Source: Octopus sinensis
Taxonomy: Eukaryota
Assembly: GCF_006345805.1 (NCBI RefSeq)
Contig: NC_043000.1
Span: forward strand, 36,704,001 to 36,768,000
Length of the DNA: 64,000 bases
Reading direction: 5' to 3'
Shown: positions 1 through 13,345 of the stretch, piece after piece
Numbering within the stretch: the first letter of the stretch is position 1
Layout: each line of letters opens with the position of its first letter
Notes under the pieces: model-generated
Databases searched by the model: none
What the model saw: only the letters and a program-made list of their open reading frames with translations
What the model was told of the DNA's origin: nothing
Position numbers and translations under genes: made by a program

Positions 1-344
1 GTATGTGTGCATATGATGTACAAATATCAAACAACTTTTTTTTTATATATCTTTCTTACCCGGTTTTCCTTCGTTCTTCTCAAATTCAGTGTGTGTGTGC
101 ATCGAGACATAATCTTTCTACAATTTCACCATTCTTATTTAGTTAGTCGCACTTTCTCTTACATCAATACACTTTTTCACTCAGGTTTTCTGATGTCTTT
201 TTTGTTGTTTTCTTAAACCCGATTTCTCATATTCCAGTCCCTAACAAATTCTTACTAACTACAATGCTTCAAATATAATTCTCCTTTATTCTGGTAGAAT
301 CTGGTAAATGAGTTTTAAAAAAACCTTAATAATACATATGGCTG

Positions 345-495
345 TGAAGGTGCATGGCCTAATGGTTAGGGCTTACTGCTTATGATCATAATGTTGTGGA
401 TTCAATTCGTGTGTAGGGTGCAACATTGTGTCCTAATGTAAGGCACCGCATTTCACGTTGTTCCAATCTACTTCGTTGAAAGTGGGTACCGTTGA
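345..495 (+). mobile_element. tRNA-derived SINE, family D, degenerate
   Basis: A-box-like ggcctaatggtta and B-box-like gttcaattc, followed by a body shared with copies at 8170, 29945 and 38720. Confidence 0.55.
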
Positions 496-845
496 GTGCT
501 GCGCTGCCCTCTCTCCTTTCAGCTGTTCCTCCTTGTATATGTCGCTGGGTCAAAGACAAGGAGAGTCGAGAGTTTGTCCGTGTTTTCTAGTGAGAGTAAA
601 ACACCAAAACAAATTAACGAAAACATAGTAATAGTTATCAGGTCACGGTAAACCTTTTGCGGTCCAACACAAAAAAATTATCCTCCGCCCAAGAACCTGG
701 TTTGCAACAATCGGCTCCACTAAAGGTATTCGGGGGCCATATAATCACGAGTTAGGAGGACCACTCACCAGGAAGGTGGTTTGGTAGATGTAACACCTTT
801 ACTTTCTCCAAAAGTGAAATGGACTCCACTTAGCATGGCTTACAC

Positions 846-1145
846 CAAGCCTGGCCAACTCGAGTTACATTGCCAGCCACTTTAATCACATAAAGCTTTT
901 TGAAGGCCGCTTGTGGCATTTTGCTTTCTCATGCTATTATTACAATAATGAATGAATAATTGTTGATCCAACATGAAATATCATTGCAAAAATAGTCTTT
1001 CTTTTACTTTTGGTCACAATATTTACTTTTTGATAAATTTCTTAAAATGTTTAAATAAACCCATTTCAAGAAGGTTTCATGCGGGGCGCAAGGTAAAAGT
1101 CCGCAGGCCGCATTCGGGCCGCGGGCCTCAGATTGGCCAGTCCTG
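846..1145. mobile_element. hAT (Charlie/Buster-type) MITE, 300 bp
   Basis: Imperfect TIRs caagcctggccaac / rc caggactggccaat; 8-bp TSD gcttacac / gcttagac (7/8 match, central TA); MER58-like subterminal ggcccgcggcccgaatgcggcc on the minus strand. Confidence 0.8.
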
Positions 1146-1276
1146 GCTTAGACGATTTTGCATGGTCTGGCAAACTCCTCACAAGAAAGAACAAGATAAA
1201 GAGTTTGCTTCACAGTGACATGCCGTTAAATTCAGACGTACCGCGCAGCGGAAGCGTCTTCTGTAGCCTAAGGCTA

Positions 1277-1380
1277 ACCAAAGCCTTGCGAGTGGATTTG
1301 GTGCGTGGAAACTGTGTGTGTGTGTTTTTGAGCTTCGGTTTGTACCCCACCCCCGCTTGACAACTGGTGTTCGTGTGTTA
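1277..1380 (+). mobile_element. SINE family A fragment
   Basis: accaaagccttgcgagtggatttgg...ccgcttgacaactggtgt matches the fuller copy at 50856. Confidence 0.6.
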
Positions 1381-1857
1381 ATGCTAAATGCCTGAAACAA
1401 ATAAACGATAACAGATAATTTTCTTTTCAAACGGACACAAAATCTTCAACATTTTAGGAGAACGAAAATGATTATATGACATTCATACCTTCTCCCTTGA
1501 AGGATACGAAGTGAAACAGCTTCAGTGGCGGATTGAAGTTAAGTCCTCGTCTTATCCAGTCATCTTTCCGCCTTTTCTATATAACTCCTCACATATATAT
1601 AAATAGCGATGTAATTTTGCGAATTGAACAAATCTCAGCACATGTAAGACAATTGTTAGAAATACCGATTTACTTGACATGTTTTATTAAACCCAAAGTG
1701 ACAGAAGATGAGGCGGAGTTCAGTAGGGTTTTAACTTGGAGATAACCAGCCATCATTACATCCATCGTTTGATATCAACGACACTCGTTGCAGTGCGTTT
1801 AAGGGGACAACAACAACAAACAGTTCTTTTCATCCTTCCTTCTCACTTTCTCATTAT

Positions 1858-2164
1858 ATGCATGGATATGTATGCATGAGTGTGTGTGCGTATGTTTGTG
1901 TGTATGTATTGTATGTGTGTGTATGTGCGTGTGTATGTACGTGTGTATGTGTAACGGAGGCGTCAAAAACATTTAAAGTTCCCCAAAGATCAGAACTTAT
2001 CTGCAGCTCTAGGTGGTCCGAATCGGATGGGAAATCTGTGTGGGTGTCTTTTCAGAACATTGTCTGGTTTAAAAAGCCACATCAGATGCCATGATGGTGC
2101 TAAGGTGCAGGTGTAGGAGGTGGTCAAACTCTGTATAAGGAGTAGACAACCACAATATATGTGA

Positions 2165-2230
<66 letters not shown>

Positions 2231-2533
2231 ATATATATATGTGCGTGTGTATATATATATGTGTGCGTATATATGTGTATATATATATATATATATTTAT
2301 ATACATACGTATATGTATATCCCTATGTATTTATATTTGTATGTGCATGTGAAATGTGTATGTATATATGTGTGTGTATATATATATATAGAGTATATAT
2401 ATACATCCAAAGTATTTCATCCATATACATGTCGATAACGCGTGAGTATATACGTATGCACGCATTTATACGCCCACATACATGAGTATGTGTGTGTATA
2501 TATATACATAGTGTATGTATGCACACGCATGTA

Positions 2534-2574
<41 letters not shown>
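1858..2574. repeat. Compound (TG)n/(TA)n microsatellite field with a ~205-bp unique insert at 1950-2154
   Basis: Direct reading; explains the YI/CV-rich ORFs in the track. Confidence 0.95.
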
Positions 2575-2575
<1 letters not shown>

Positions 2576-3007
2576 ACCGCTTCGCTATAGGTAGTTTCTA
2601 CGCAAACGCATTCCGTCCAGTGAGAGATAAATATGTTCTTTTGTAAATTGTGTATATTAAACGATATTGAATATCAGAATCGAATCTTTCAAAGAGATCA
2701 AACGATATTCTAATATTATTTCTCTGCCTTGTTACACTATTATTATTATTATCATTATTATTATAAGGAAGATTAACTATATTTTGAATAACGTTCAACT
2801 TTTCCTCTGGAGTATTGGCTCAGTAAAGAGAACCGACTGTAACACTAGCGATATCTCAACGTTCTCTATACCACGTGATCTACTACTCGTCTGTTTTAAG
2901 ATTAAACAACTTCGTCTTTACACAGTCGCACAGAAATCTGCAAGAAATAGCATTTAAACCTGCTGAAATTACTCTTTACCGTTTTAACAGAAAATGGCAT
3001 AATTACT

Positions 3008-3370
3008 TATCTTTTTTTTTTTCTTTTAGTTTCATCCCGGGGCGAGGCTATGCTGGTGCACCACTCGGTTTTGTTTTCGGTATTGTTTTTGATAAAGTAG
3101 CGAGTTGGACGGAACTGCTCGTTTTTGCGTCTCCTGCCGCGATGTGGGTTCATCTGGTATCTTAGATAGAAACCTGTCCAGACGTTCCTTGAAAACTTCC
3201 ACCTGAAAACCATGTAGATCTCTAAGGTTGCCCTGAAGGATGTTGAACAATTGCGGTACCTTGAAACCCAGACTATTGCAGTACTGTGTTCTTATTTTAG
3301 ATGGGAAAGACTGGATCTTTGGTATGATGCAGTGCCGTCCAGTTCCACGACTGGTATAGGTGTCAATTTA
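3008..3370 (-). mobile_element. CR1-clade LINE 3' end (RT C-terminus plus A-rich tail)
   Basis: Minus frame reads GTGRHCIIPKIQSFPSKIRTQYCNSLGFKVPQLFNILQGNLRDLHGFQVEVFKERLDRFLSKIPDEP, matching the CR1 terminal pattern LFN.LP..LR....FK..LD.FL..IPDEP; A-run follows the stop codon. Confidence 0.8.
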
Positions 3371-5546
3371 TTGTTTATATTCTTATAATATTTCATGGAA
3401 AGAAAAAATTCTTACTAATCTTCGGTTACGGCTGAACTGGTTTACTACTACTGAGAACTGAATGTTATATAACAGACGCGGTAGAGTTGTTTTCTTAGAT
3501 TTAGTCATGTCATGCTTATATTCTTGGTTCAAATTCTACCGCAGTAGAATTTGTATTTCATCTTTCTAGTGGTTCGATATATCACGTAAAATATATCGGA
3601 TTATCCAGACGAATTTTATCTAAAATATCTGTCTTGTGGCTAGTCATCACCATTATTATTATTATTATTATTATAATATCTTTAACCGTGGCTACGCTGC
3701 CGATCAAATTATTTGTCAGTCATGCACGTACTTTCTTGTAGTAGTAGACTGTTATATAGTGCAAGTCACGTTAGTTACTATCGTGACAACAGTCTACATC
3801 TCTTTCTTCCTCACAGTATTTCATTGTCAACAACAACCTTTTAATAAATATTAATTCTTTCACACACACATACATTCTCTCTCTCTCTGATTTTCTCTCT
3901 CACCAAAAACTCTGTCATAGCGAAAGTAATTTTCTGAAGTGTTTGTTGCAGTGTCTCAATGTTGAGACACACACACACACACACACACACAGCCCAAACC
4001 AGAACAAATGTTTTATAACGAAAATCTATTTTGTTTTTTAGCTGTGTTGTGTTGTGTTGACAGACGTGCACTCAAAATTCCCGCGTTTTAACTTCTAAGT
4101 TAATATGGTGACAACTCTATCTATCTATCTCTTTCACACGCACTCTCTCCTTCACTGTATTTTTCTCCATCCAACTTTTTCATCTCCTTCTGCTAAGCAT
4201 ACTGTGAAATATATTTTAATTCATTTGATTCAAATTCCACTAAGGTTCACTTTTTCGTAAAAGCTTTAAAAGTCACCATGCTTCTTTCAGGACGCTACTT
4301 GATAAGTTGTACTTTTGTGAAATTAATGGGGTCGTTGAGGGCAGTCGAAGTTGGTGGCTTAGAGTTGGATAGCATTGGCAAAAGGGGTACATTTATGTGT
4401 GGCATTAATAATCACAGGCGTGCACTGCAATACCCGTCAGCAAGCCACTGGGTAGTTATCCATTATCTGGTAACTTCACGCAACAACGGGCATGAGCAGT
4501 CTGCTGGTTCAATCTCCAGTTTTGTCTGATAACAGGCTATTAGCATGTACCCGCTGGGTAGTTACTGTACGTTTAAATGAGATTCCGGTAAATATATTAA
4601 AAAAAAACATCTTATTTTCCTTTCGAAAACTCCGGTTTGTCTTCTGCGAAGTAATGTCTTCCATGCCACAAAATACAATAACTTATTAACTAGTTTTTCA
4701 ATAACTTAACATTTTTAGAGTGAAACAATGCATCTTATTGAATGAGCTTTTGTTGCCTGCTAGGCATCTTCCATCTTTCTCTCTAATAACCGGTCATTAT
4801 TCTTGAAAGCGTGTGTACTTGTCATTGCCCCGAGGGATTAACTGTGACAAATATGAATTATACGTGAAACACTGTTTAGTCTGAAAACAACATAATAATA
4901 ATAATAATGATGTTATTAATATTTGTTGTGGATTTTGTAATTTTAAATTACATGACGCCAAGAATTTTATTTTTCACTGAAAATGTGTAAATATTTTATA
5001 TTCTGTTTTCGGAGTCATTTAGTTCAAGCTGTCTTCAAAAAATATAGAAAAATAGTTGTTTAGGAATTACTTATGTTTTTAATATCTCGAAAATTTTCTA
5101 GTTTCAAAGACTTTGTGAAATGAAAAAGGAAATATTAAAAGCAAAAGATATTTACCAGAAATATTCAAATGGGAGGAAAAAAAACACTCAGCTTATTTAA
5201 AATACACTGTTAGAAATTAAAAAAGAAACCTAATTAAATGGCGCATGGTTAATAGCGTATCGTTTAAATAGCTGCGGGTATGAAATCTTTTATAAGATCA
5301 ATCATAAGTCTGTCTGGTTATCTAAACTTTAAAAATAAATTGAAATAAACTTTTGTTTGATTAGCAGAACATTTCGTCTAGGAGGATAAATGGTCTCGTT
5401 TCCTTCCTTTCTGGTCCTTTTGTTCACTTTATTACTTTAATGAATTGGCAGAAATAGTACAGTATTTAATATATTACAAGGACTGCGGTTCGAACCCCAA
5501 TGCGCCATATTGAGATGCAGAAGTACAAGTTGCTGTTGTTGTTAAC

Positions 5547-5596
5547 TCCAAATTATGCACTGGTCCAAATTATGCACTGGTCCAAATTATGCACTG
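5547..5596. repeat. 17-bp unit x3 (tccaaattatgcactgg)
   Basis: Two perfect copies and one copy 16/17 identical. Confidence 0.95.
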
Positions 5597-6044
5597 TGAC
5601 CTCCCCATCTTCTTGCAGAATATTTCATCTAGAATTTCATGTAATGAGGCAAGAGATTCAAATCAAATAATACAACACTCTTAATGACGTGAAAAATAAA
5701 TGATCTTGACTGATTTTGTTAAATAAGGAAAAGGGGAGACAGCCCTGGGATAGCGATACTGTATAGGTCAGCTCTGCTCAAGTCGACATATCATCGAAAG
5801 AATATTTACCGATACCAAAAGTGAAACCAAGCCTCAATGCAGATGAAAAATACATCACGAAGCCGACTAGGAATTTTAAAAGTTTGTACATTTTAAATAT
5901 GACGTTGGCGATTTTATTTGTTAGAATAATATTCTGACGATCGTCGGTGATCCAGAGCAAAGCGCGTGAAAAATACGCTAATGATGATTTCAAATTTTGG
6001 CACAAGGGCAGCAATTTATGGCCAACTGGTATTTATTTAATCGA

Positions 6045-6165
6045 TTTCGAAAGGATGAAAAGTAAAAGTGACTTCGCTGGAATTCGAACTCAGAACGTAG
6101 AGACGGACGATATACAACTTGGTATTTTGACTGGCTCGGTAACGTCTCTGTCGACTTACTGCCTT
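6045..6165 (-). mobile_element. SINE family B fragment
   Basis: rc of ttctgagttcgaattcc..gaagtcactttt with a head-like sequence. Confidence 0.55.
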
Positions 6166-6194
6166 CCCAATACGCTATTATTACCATCAATTCG

Positions 6195-6595
6195 AAGGCG
6201 ACGAACTGGCAGAATCGTTAGTACGCCGGGCTAAATGGTTAGTGGTATTTCGTCTACGGTTACGTTCTGAGTTCAAATTCCGCCGAGGTCGACTTTGCCT
6301 TTCATCCTTTCAGGGTCAATAAATTAAGTACCAGTTACGCACTGCGGTCGATATAATCAACTTAATCCGTTTGTCTGTCCTTGTTTGTCCTCTCTGTGTT
6401 TAGCCCCTTGTCGGTAGTAAAGAAATAGGTATTTCGTCTGCCTCTACGTTCTGAGTTCAAATTCCGCCGAGGTCGACTTTGCCTTTTATTATTTCGGAGT
6501 CGATAAATTGAGTACCAGTGAATCACTGGGGTCGATCTAATCGACTAGCCTCCTCCCCATAAATTTCAGGCGTTGTGGCTACAATAGAAAGGATC
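6195..6595 (+). mobile_element. SINE family B, bipartite form
   Basis: Head aaggcgacgaactggcagaatcgttag; central gttctgagttcaaattccgccgaggtcgactttgcc present twice, separated by a fixed linker. Confidence 0.85.
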
Positions 6596-6609
6596 ATTAC
6601 TATTAGTTC

Positions 6610-6780
6610 TAAGGCAGTGAGCAGGCGGAACCGGTAGAAAGCAGACCATAACGTTTAGCGGCGTTTCGACCGACTTTATTTTCTGAGTTCAAACTACAAA
6701 AGAGGTCTATTTTCCTGTGTTGAACAAAGTAATTGATCCCCTTCCCCCGAAACTGCTGGCTTTGTGCCACAATTTGAATG
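6610..6780 (+). mobile_element. SINE family B, degenerate monomer
   Basis: Head, ttctgagttcaaa and tail gctggctttgtgcc. Confidence 0.65.
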
Positions 6781-7721
6781 CAAGGTTACAATCAATTCTT
6801 CTCGATGTTGATACTGAGTAGGTTGTGGAAAGTTTATGGCTTATAATGGATTCGAGATTCCTTTTATTCAAAACTAAACATATACGATTAGCAAGGAAAT
6901 ATAAAAAAAATACTGTTTAACATAGATGGTGAAGAAACTCGTTTTGCGAGAAAATTTGGTAGATTGTGTGGAAGCGTGTCGTGTATGTATGTATATACGT
7001 GTGTGTGTGAATATGCTGTAATAAATACTTCATGATGTATAATTCTGCATTCTTCTATATAATGTTTCGGTTTATATATACACACACACATTGTCAACGT
7101 TTACTTTTTCACAACGGATTCTGTTTAATTCAATCCATGATCAAATTAAAAGTGATAAAAGATCAGTGTTCTGCTATATTTTGAGATATTACAATGGCAA
7201 ATTAGTCGAATAAATACACTATGATGATAAAATGTGTTCCAAATGTTGGGGCGTAACATCTAAAAATTTAACCGTTTGTCCGTCCAGAGTTTGTCCTGAA
7301 CGTCCATGCTTATTTTCAAACTTGTATCGCATACTCTTAGTATTATTAATCTTGCTTTTCATGGGAAACAATTGAACCTGGTGGTTGAAAATCATTGGGA
7401 ATGTGCTTTGTACATGGTGCAGGGACGCTAGAGAAATACCTCTTGTGTATCACATGCAATTATAGGCTAAGATGCCCAAAAGCGGAACCGAATTTTGTCA
7501 ACCTCAAAATTAATGGCGTAGAAATAGTTTACAAGGCCAGAAATGGTCGAATTGGATAAATAGTATTTGTCTTTAAATTATATCTCTGTGAAGAAACGTT
7601 TATTATAATTTAGCTTAATTGAAATATTTGAACGCAGCGAATCTTGTCAAGATTGGTACCGTAGGTAAAAATTATAGAGTAGAAAGTGTCCACTTCGTAA
7701 AGAACTAAGCTTTTAAATTTG

Positions 7722-7840
7722 TTTTTAAACCATCTTATCACTGTTATTTTATGAAACATTAAAATATATATGTAATTACGTAGCAGGTAAATTTCTTTGA
7801 ACCATCTTATCACTGCTATTTTAGGAAACAATAACATATA
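7722..7840. repeat. 72-bp period tandem duplication (~1.6 copies)
   Basis: aaccatcttatcactg(t/c)tatttta at 7728 and 7800. Confidence 0.85.
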
Positions 7841-8169
7841 TAAAGTTTTGTTTAATCTGTTCCATTTACACTGTGGCTGTGCAGTGACACCACCTTGAAG
7901 GGTTTATTCGAACAAACTGACCCCAGTATTTATTTTTTATTTTTAGTATGGTTCTATTCTGTCAGTGTCTTCCTGACTACACAGCATTCTTAAAATATCG
8001 AAATGCGAGGAATCTGGTACTGAAAATATGCTTCTTTCGGTAGAAGCGAATAATGATTAAAGAGAAACTGATAGTTTTTGAGGGTAATCTCTCATAAATT
8101 TTGTGACATTGGGAGCTTTCTAAAAAATAAATTGAAAACTGCAGAGAAGCGCTGACAGAGGTGAACTTC

Positions 8170-8395
8170 TTCCATATTTTGTTTTCGGTTGAGTTACAAT
8201 TGATCGTAAGGTTATGGTTTCGATTCCCGGACCCGACAATGCGTTGAGTTCTTGAGCAAGACACATCGTTTCTCGTTGCTGTAGTCCACTCAAAAATGAG
8301 CATCAACCCTGCGATGAGCCGACGTCCCGGGAAACCGCCATAGGAACCGGGAAACCGGCTTTGTGAGTCTATATGATTTGGAAGGAGTTTTACTC
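8170..8395 (+). mobile_element. SINE family D
   Basis: B-box ggtttcgattccc followed by ttcttgagcaagacac. Confidence 0.6.
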
Positions 8396-9560
8396 TTTCT
8401 CCTAAGGTTCATCTCAATGTATATATGGTGTGCATTTTAAAAAACCTTTTTCGATTGTAGCATTTCCATTAAAAAAAATTCTGATTTTCCAATATTTTCG
8501 ATATTGTGTGTATTTAAGAAACCCTTCCTGGCGGGAATTTTAAGTGCAAAAATTTGCGAGTTTTATTGCAAGTTTAGGTGAAAATTAAAGAAATTTTCAT
8601 TGGAATTCAATTTCAAAAATACCCAACGTTCTTTAAAAATTAGAGGATTCTTGAAGCATACACCAATTTAAGCTCATTGAATAGTGTATTTCAGAATAGG
8701 ATTTATTTTTTCAACTGTTAGATATAAAATTTCTGCGGTTATTGTCATAGAAAACAGAAAATGAATCCATACAAATAATAAACGTAAATAAGACTTAGAG
8801 CTAAATTCAAGTGTGTAAATTACATTAGGAAAAATAAACATATAATAAAACTTCGATAAATTAATGAAACTGGGTTATAAAATTAATCATTGTCAAACGT
8901 ATTAATGGAGAAAATGTTTTTAAATGATTTTGAAAAAATCATTCTTTGCATTTAAATAAGAAAGGAACAAAAAAATCGCAAAATATATTTAAGTCATCGA
9001 AATCTTATTTGTTCTAATTTCTTATACAAAGTTAATTATTGTTATTCCTCTGCTCGTTTTTTTCTAACTCTTTCCTGATAATTGTCACTGCATGCGATGT
9101 GAGGAGTAAGGGAGGTGTTAAGCACCAACTACTTGGCAACATGAAACTCATCACTTCACTTGCCAAATGGTGTTTGGTTTGTCCTGACGGAGTTAAGCAC
9201 ATTCGAAGCCTTATCTTTGAGAACAATGACTGTGCTTTAGGTGTTTCTCGAATATGTGAAGGGGACCAGACACCTTTCACCTCAAACTGTTGCTTTCTAC
9301 CTGGCCTCATTCTGATTCTGCGTTATTTTACATTCTTCTTCTTTATCTCGGATCCCTTATTGTCATTTTTAATTTAACTTTTGCTAAATCATATAATTTA
9401 TTTTAAAACTTTTTGAAACATTTTGAAAATAGGTATATTTAGCTTATATATTTTTAAAAGGTGTTCTTCCTCTCAGTAACAATTACTCTTTTTCTCTGGA
9501 AAAGTGTTGCCTGTAACAAAAGTGGGTGAGCAGGAAAATGTGGACCAGAAGTCATAATAT

Positions 9561-9762
9561 AGTTCTATATTTAAGAGATGAGGAATTATGTACATTATTT
9601 ACATTTGACGGATATTTGCCCTCATTTTGTTTGTTGTTAGCACACCGTTTCGATTGATATACTCTCCAGCCTTCATCTGAAGGCTGGAGGGTATATCAAC
9701 CGAAACGGTGTGTTAACAACAAACAAAATGAGGGCAAATATCCGTCAAATGTAAATAGTGTA
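9561..9762. mobile_element. Fold-back pair of 3' halves of the HHR-SINE family (see 26172)
   Basis: ~84-bp arms meeting at ccagccttca-tc-tgaaggctgg; sequence matches the tail of the 26.2-26.7 kb element. Confidence 0.85.
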
Positions 9763-10744
9763 GTTAATATACAGTAATGATGATATTTTTAATTAATTTG
9801 ATCTCGAAATGTACAGGACAAGAAGTGGAAGCTTTTAAAATATTGCAACTCAGGTTGAAATTCGAATTTTAAAAGACGCCTTTTGGATTCGGATGGGAAA
9901 AAGTAGGGAAAATATGACCAAGAAGTCTTTCGGCGGTATGCTGGTAATTTAGTTAAGTTCGATGCGTGATTAGCTAAATGTGTTCATATCCAGCCAATGG
10001 TTTATGCTGAGTGTGTGGAAGATGAATTTAATTTTGTGTACTTTTGGGAAGTATAAAGTCCCAGAAATACTGGACTTCCAAACTTTTATGAGCGTAGATT
10101 CCGAAGCTTTTGTCTGTAGAGAGGATGTTAATTTTTTTTGTTTTAATTGGAATATCACAAACCCCACCCTTAGTCCACCTAACCATTTATCTGTGCTAGC
10201 GGGATACGATTACCTGTTATACTTTTACCTTTCGAGTTAAAGTACATCCTAGTCACCTTTCCCTAAAGATGAGAAAATATTTCTGTCTGTTTAAACGTCA
10301 GTTCATCTCTACTTGGAGTAACACGAGAGGAAAGTAGATGAAAAATTTCAAATGCTGAAAAACAGGTCTCATTTCCATTTCCATTTAATGTACTTCAACC
10401 ATTTTCGTCATAGACCATATAGTGTTCTCTAGGAAGAAAATACAGGAAGTTCCACGTAGAATCTAAAGAGGGTGTATTGCTTTACACTTCAAAGAACTGA
10501 ATACAACTGCAATATTTGCATATTCCCAACTTCAATGGTGGTGGTCATTTTAAACTACTTTTTCATGTACTATACTTTTCTAGGCTCAGTTAAGAACAGC
10601 ATCACTTCTGTGCCCGCATGTTTCCTCTGCATATATATATACGCACACTCATATATTATCCACATCCAGATGCCCTGATATATATATATCTACAAAACCG
10701 CTGGAGTATAATTTTAAATTAGAAGAATCGAAACCTTTCGTTAC

Positions 10745-10945
10745 AAACTTTTGTTTTTATATTTTCTCTCTCTGTTTTTTTTTTTTATTCCTGTGTTCCT
10801 TTCTGTTGAAGAGCGTTGGCTCGAAACGTAAAATACTTTCTCACCTTCCCGAGCGTTAAACTGATACCTCTTTTGTTGTTTACACACCCGTCCTCGTCTT
10901 TTGCTTTGTTTTTTTTTTTTTTCTTAGTAAATTCCAACTATATAT
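10745..10945 (+). mobile_element. Putative Penelope-like terminal fragment with an HHR-like motif
   Basis: T-rich leader, HHR-like fold at 10800-10833, T-rich tail. Confidence 0.45.
10800..10833 (+). ncRNA. Hammerhead-like motif with A6U core variant
   Basis: ttt CTGTTGA a GAGC gttg GCTC GAAA CG T A aaa; stem I is only 3 bp. Confidence 0.4.
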
Positions 10946-12897
10946 AAAACTAGATAATACAATTCTAGATGCCACCCTTCTCAAAAGACTTGTTGCTCTC
11001 TTCGGTGGAATGTACTTGATTATATATTCCCTTGATCAGCACTGACCCGCAGTTAAATATTAGCAACAAGAACATTATTTTGTGCTTCTTATTCGTTTGT
11101 AGCATTGGAATTTTCGGTAGGTTTGATCTGTTGAAATGTGTTTTAGCACTCAGTAGCGCCCAAGAAAAAAGAGAGCTGTTAATTTATCTGTCAAACATAA
11201 TTAATTCCGTTCTGAAGAACTGTAAGAATTCAAAGAAGAAAAACAACTGAAAAGAAGATTATTTTTACCTGAAATTATCAATAGTGTGTTAATAGGTGTG
11301 ATTGCATGCGAGTTGGAGTTATAACGTTTGTAGAATGTAGAAGATTCCATGGAATAAAGACGGATCGTATTGACTGCGAAGTGTTGGAAATGATGTACGT
11401 GTTTGTAATAGGGGAAGAAGAAAGAGGGGTGGGTGGATAGATGAGATAAAGACTAATGAATAAAGAGGAATAGGAAAACTATGAAAGAGGGGAAAGAATG
11501 AAGAGGGAGAGGGACATGGTAAAGATGTAAGGAAGAAAAGGAATAATGAATGATTGAGAGAGAAAAAAGGAAAATGAGAAGAATGAAGAAAGGGTAAGAG
11601 GGATAATGGAGGGAGAGAGAGAGAGAGAGAACGGACCTAGCGTGGCAGAAACGAAGGAAATTTGAGCAATACGCTACGACCGAAATATTGGCAAGATTTT
11701 TCAGGTTTTGGCTGTGAAAGTATTGGCGATGTTAATGGCGCTGATTGTATCAGTGTTGTTGTGTTTGGTGCTGAAAGCAGAATTGGTAATGGTAATTATA
11801 TTGCAGAGCATCTCTGTGATGTTTTGGAGAAATGATAGTACGGATGGGTGGGTAGGGGGAGCAGTGTCATTAAAAATGTGATGATAGTATGGTGCGCGGG
11901 AAGGAGGATGGTGTGTAAACTCTATCTGCTATATTTTCTTTCAAACTATATAATTTCATTGGGGGTTATTAAGCATAAAAACGATTTTCGTTTGCAATCT
12001 TGGAGTTAGCGGCAAATGGGATGATTTGACGTGTATGCCTTTACGAAAGGAATTGTTCACAAATGGGAAATAAATTATTTCAAATAAGAAACTGAAAACA
12101 CCTCACTGGTTGACACAGCCAGCCTTCACTAAAGGCAAATTGTGAATGAAGGTCTTCGTCAAATTGCTTCCGTAAACGCCAGACTGGCCCTTGCTATGAA
12201 GCTTTCGAACAGAGGCCTAATTAATTAGGGCTCACAGATTGCCAAATATTGTCTACAATGTTCTAGTCTGATTAAATACATAAGCTGGGAAAAGATATTA
12301 AGTATAAAGCAAATTAATTGACGCTGTAATTAATATGCTATTAATAATGAATTAGTAATGAAATAAACTTAGACATCGCATATATTTATCAAGACAACTT
12401 CAGAGAATATTCTTTGATAAAGATGAAGAAATGTTCGGATGTCGTCATATTTTTGAGTATTCATAATTTGATAGAATAAAACTTTACATTTACGATCACG
12501 TGGTACAAGCAGATGGAATTCAGTAACAAGACACTAGCCTCTGGTAACGTTGTGCTCTTTTGAGATTTTATTTGCCGAAAATTAGTTCAGTGCACTGAAA
12601 AATTATATTCTTTGAAATGCTGGTATTGTCCCGAAACATTGAATTTCACTTCTCCCCACGGAATACGAACTTATCATCCAAACTCGTTAAGTTTTACTGT
12701 AAGAAGAGTTTGGTTAACTTTTAGAATAACAAATTGCATAGATTTACGTTGAGATTGAATGTCAGATCAGATAAGAGGAAAACTCTTGAGATAAAACGTG
12801 ATTACATTAGACGAATATAAATGTCTCCAGACTTATTAATTAACCAATTCAAAAACACCATCCATGTAGAAAACAATGAGTTAATATTGACATGTTT

Positions 12898-13345
12898 AAA
12901 GGCGGTGGAGCTGGCAGAATCATTAGCACGCCGAGAAAACTATCAGCGGCATTAAAGGCGGTGAGCTGGCAGAAACGTTAGCACGCCGGACGAAATGCCT
13001 AGTGGTATTTCGTCTGCCGTTACGTTCTGAGTTCAAATTCCGCCGAGGTCGACTTTGCCTTTCATCCTTTCGGGGTCGCTAAAATAAGTACCAGTTACGC
13101 ATTGGGGTCGATGTAATCGACTAAATACCTATGTCTGTCCTTGTTTGTCCCCTCTGTGTTTAGCCCCTTGTGGGTAATAAAGAAATAGGCATTTCGTCCG
13201 TCCTTACGTTCTTAGTTCAAATTCCACAGCGGTCGACTTTGCTTTTCATCACTTTTGGGCTTGATAAATTAAGTATCGGCTGAGGAATAGGGTCTATATA
13301 ATCAGCTTACTCCCTCCTAAAAAGTTGCTGGCTTTGTGCCAGAAT
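12898..13345 (+). mobile_element. SINE family B, bipartite, preceded by a duplicated head
   Basis: aaggcggt(g)gagctggcagaa at 12899 and 12955; same linker as the copies at 6195 and 62017. Confidence 0.85.

Noticed and set aside
1950-2154. TG...CA-bounded insert as a solo LTR
   Set aside because: Ends are confounded by flanking (TG)/(TA) repeats; no TSD and no second copy.
1858-2526. Many overlapping ORFs rich in YI/CV/HT (also at 19356, 32169-32978, 41986-43242)
   Set aside because: Translations of dinucleotide microsatellites, which lack stops; not coding.
9039-9377. Overlapping 92- and 112-aa ORFs in a GC-richer patch
   Set aside because: No frame gave an identifiable protein; likely decayed TE coding that I cannot assign.
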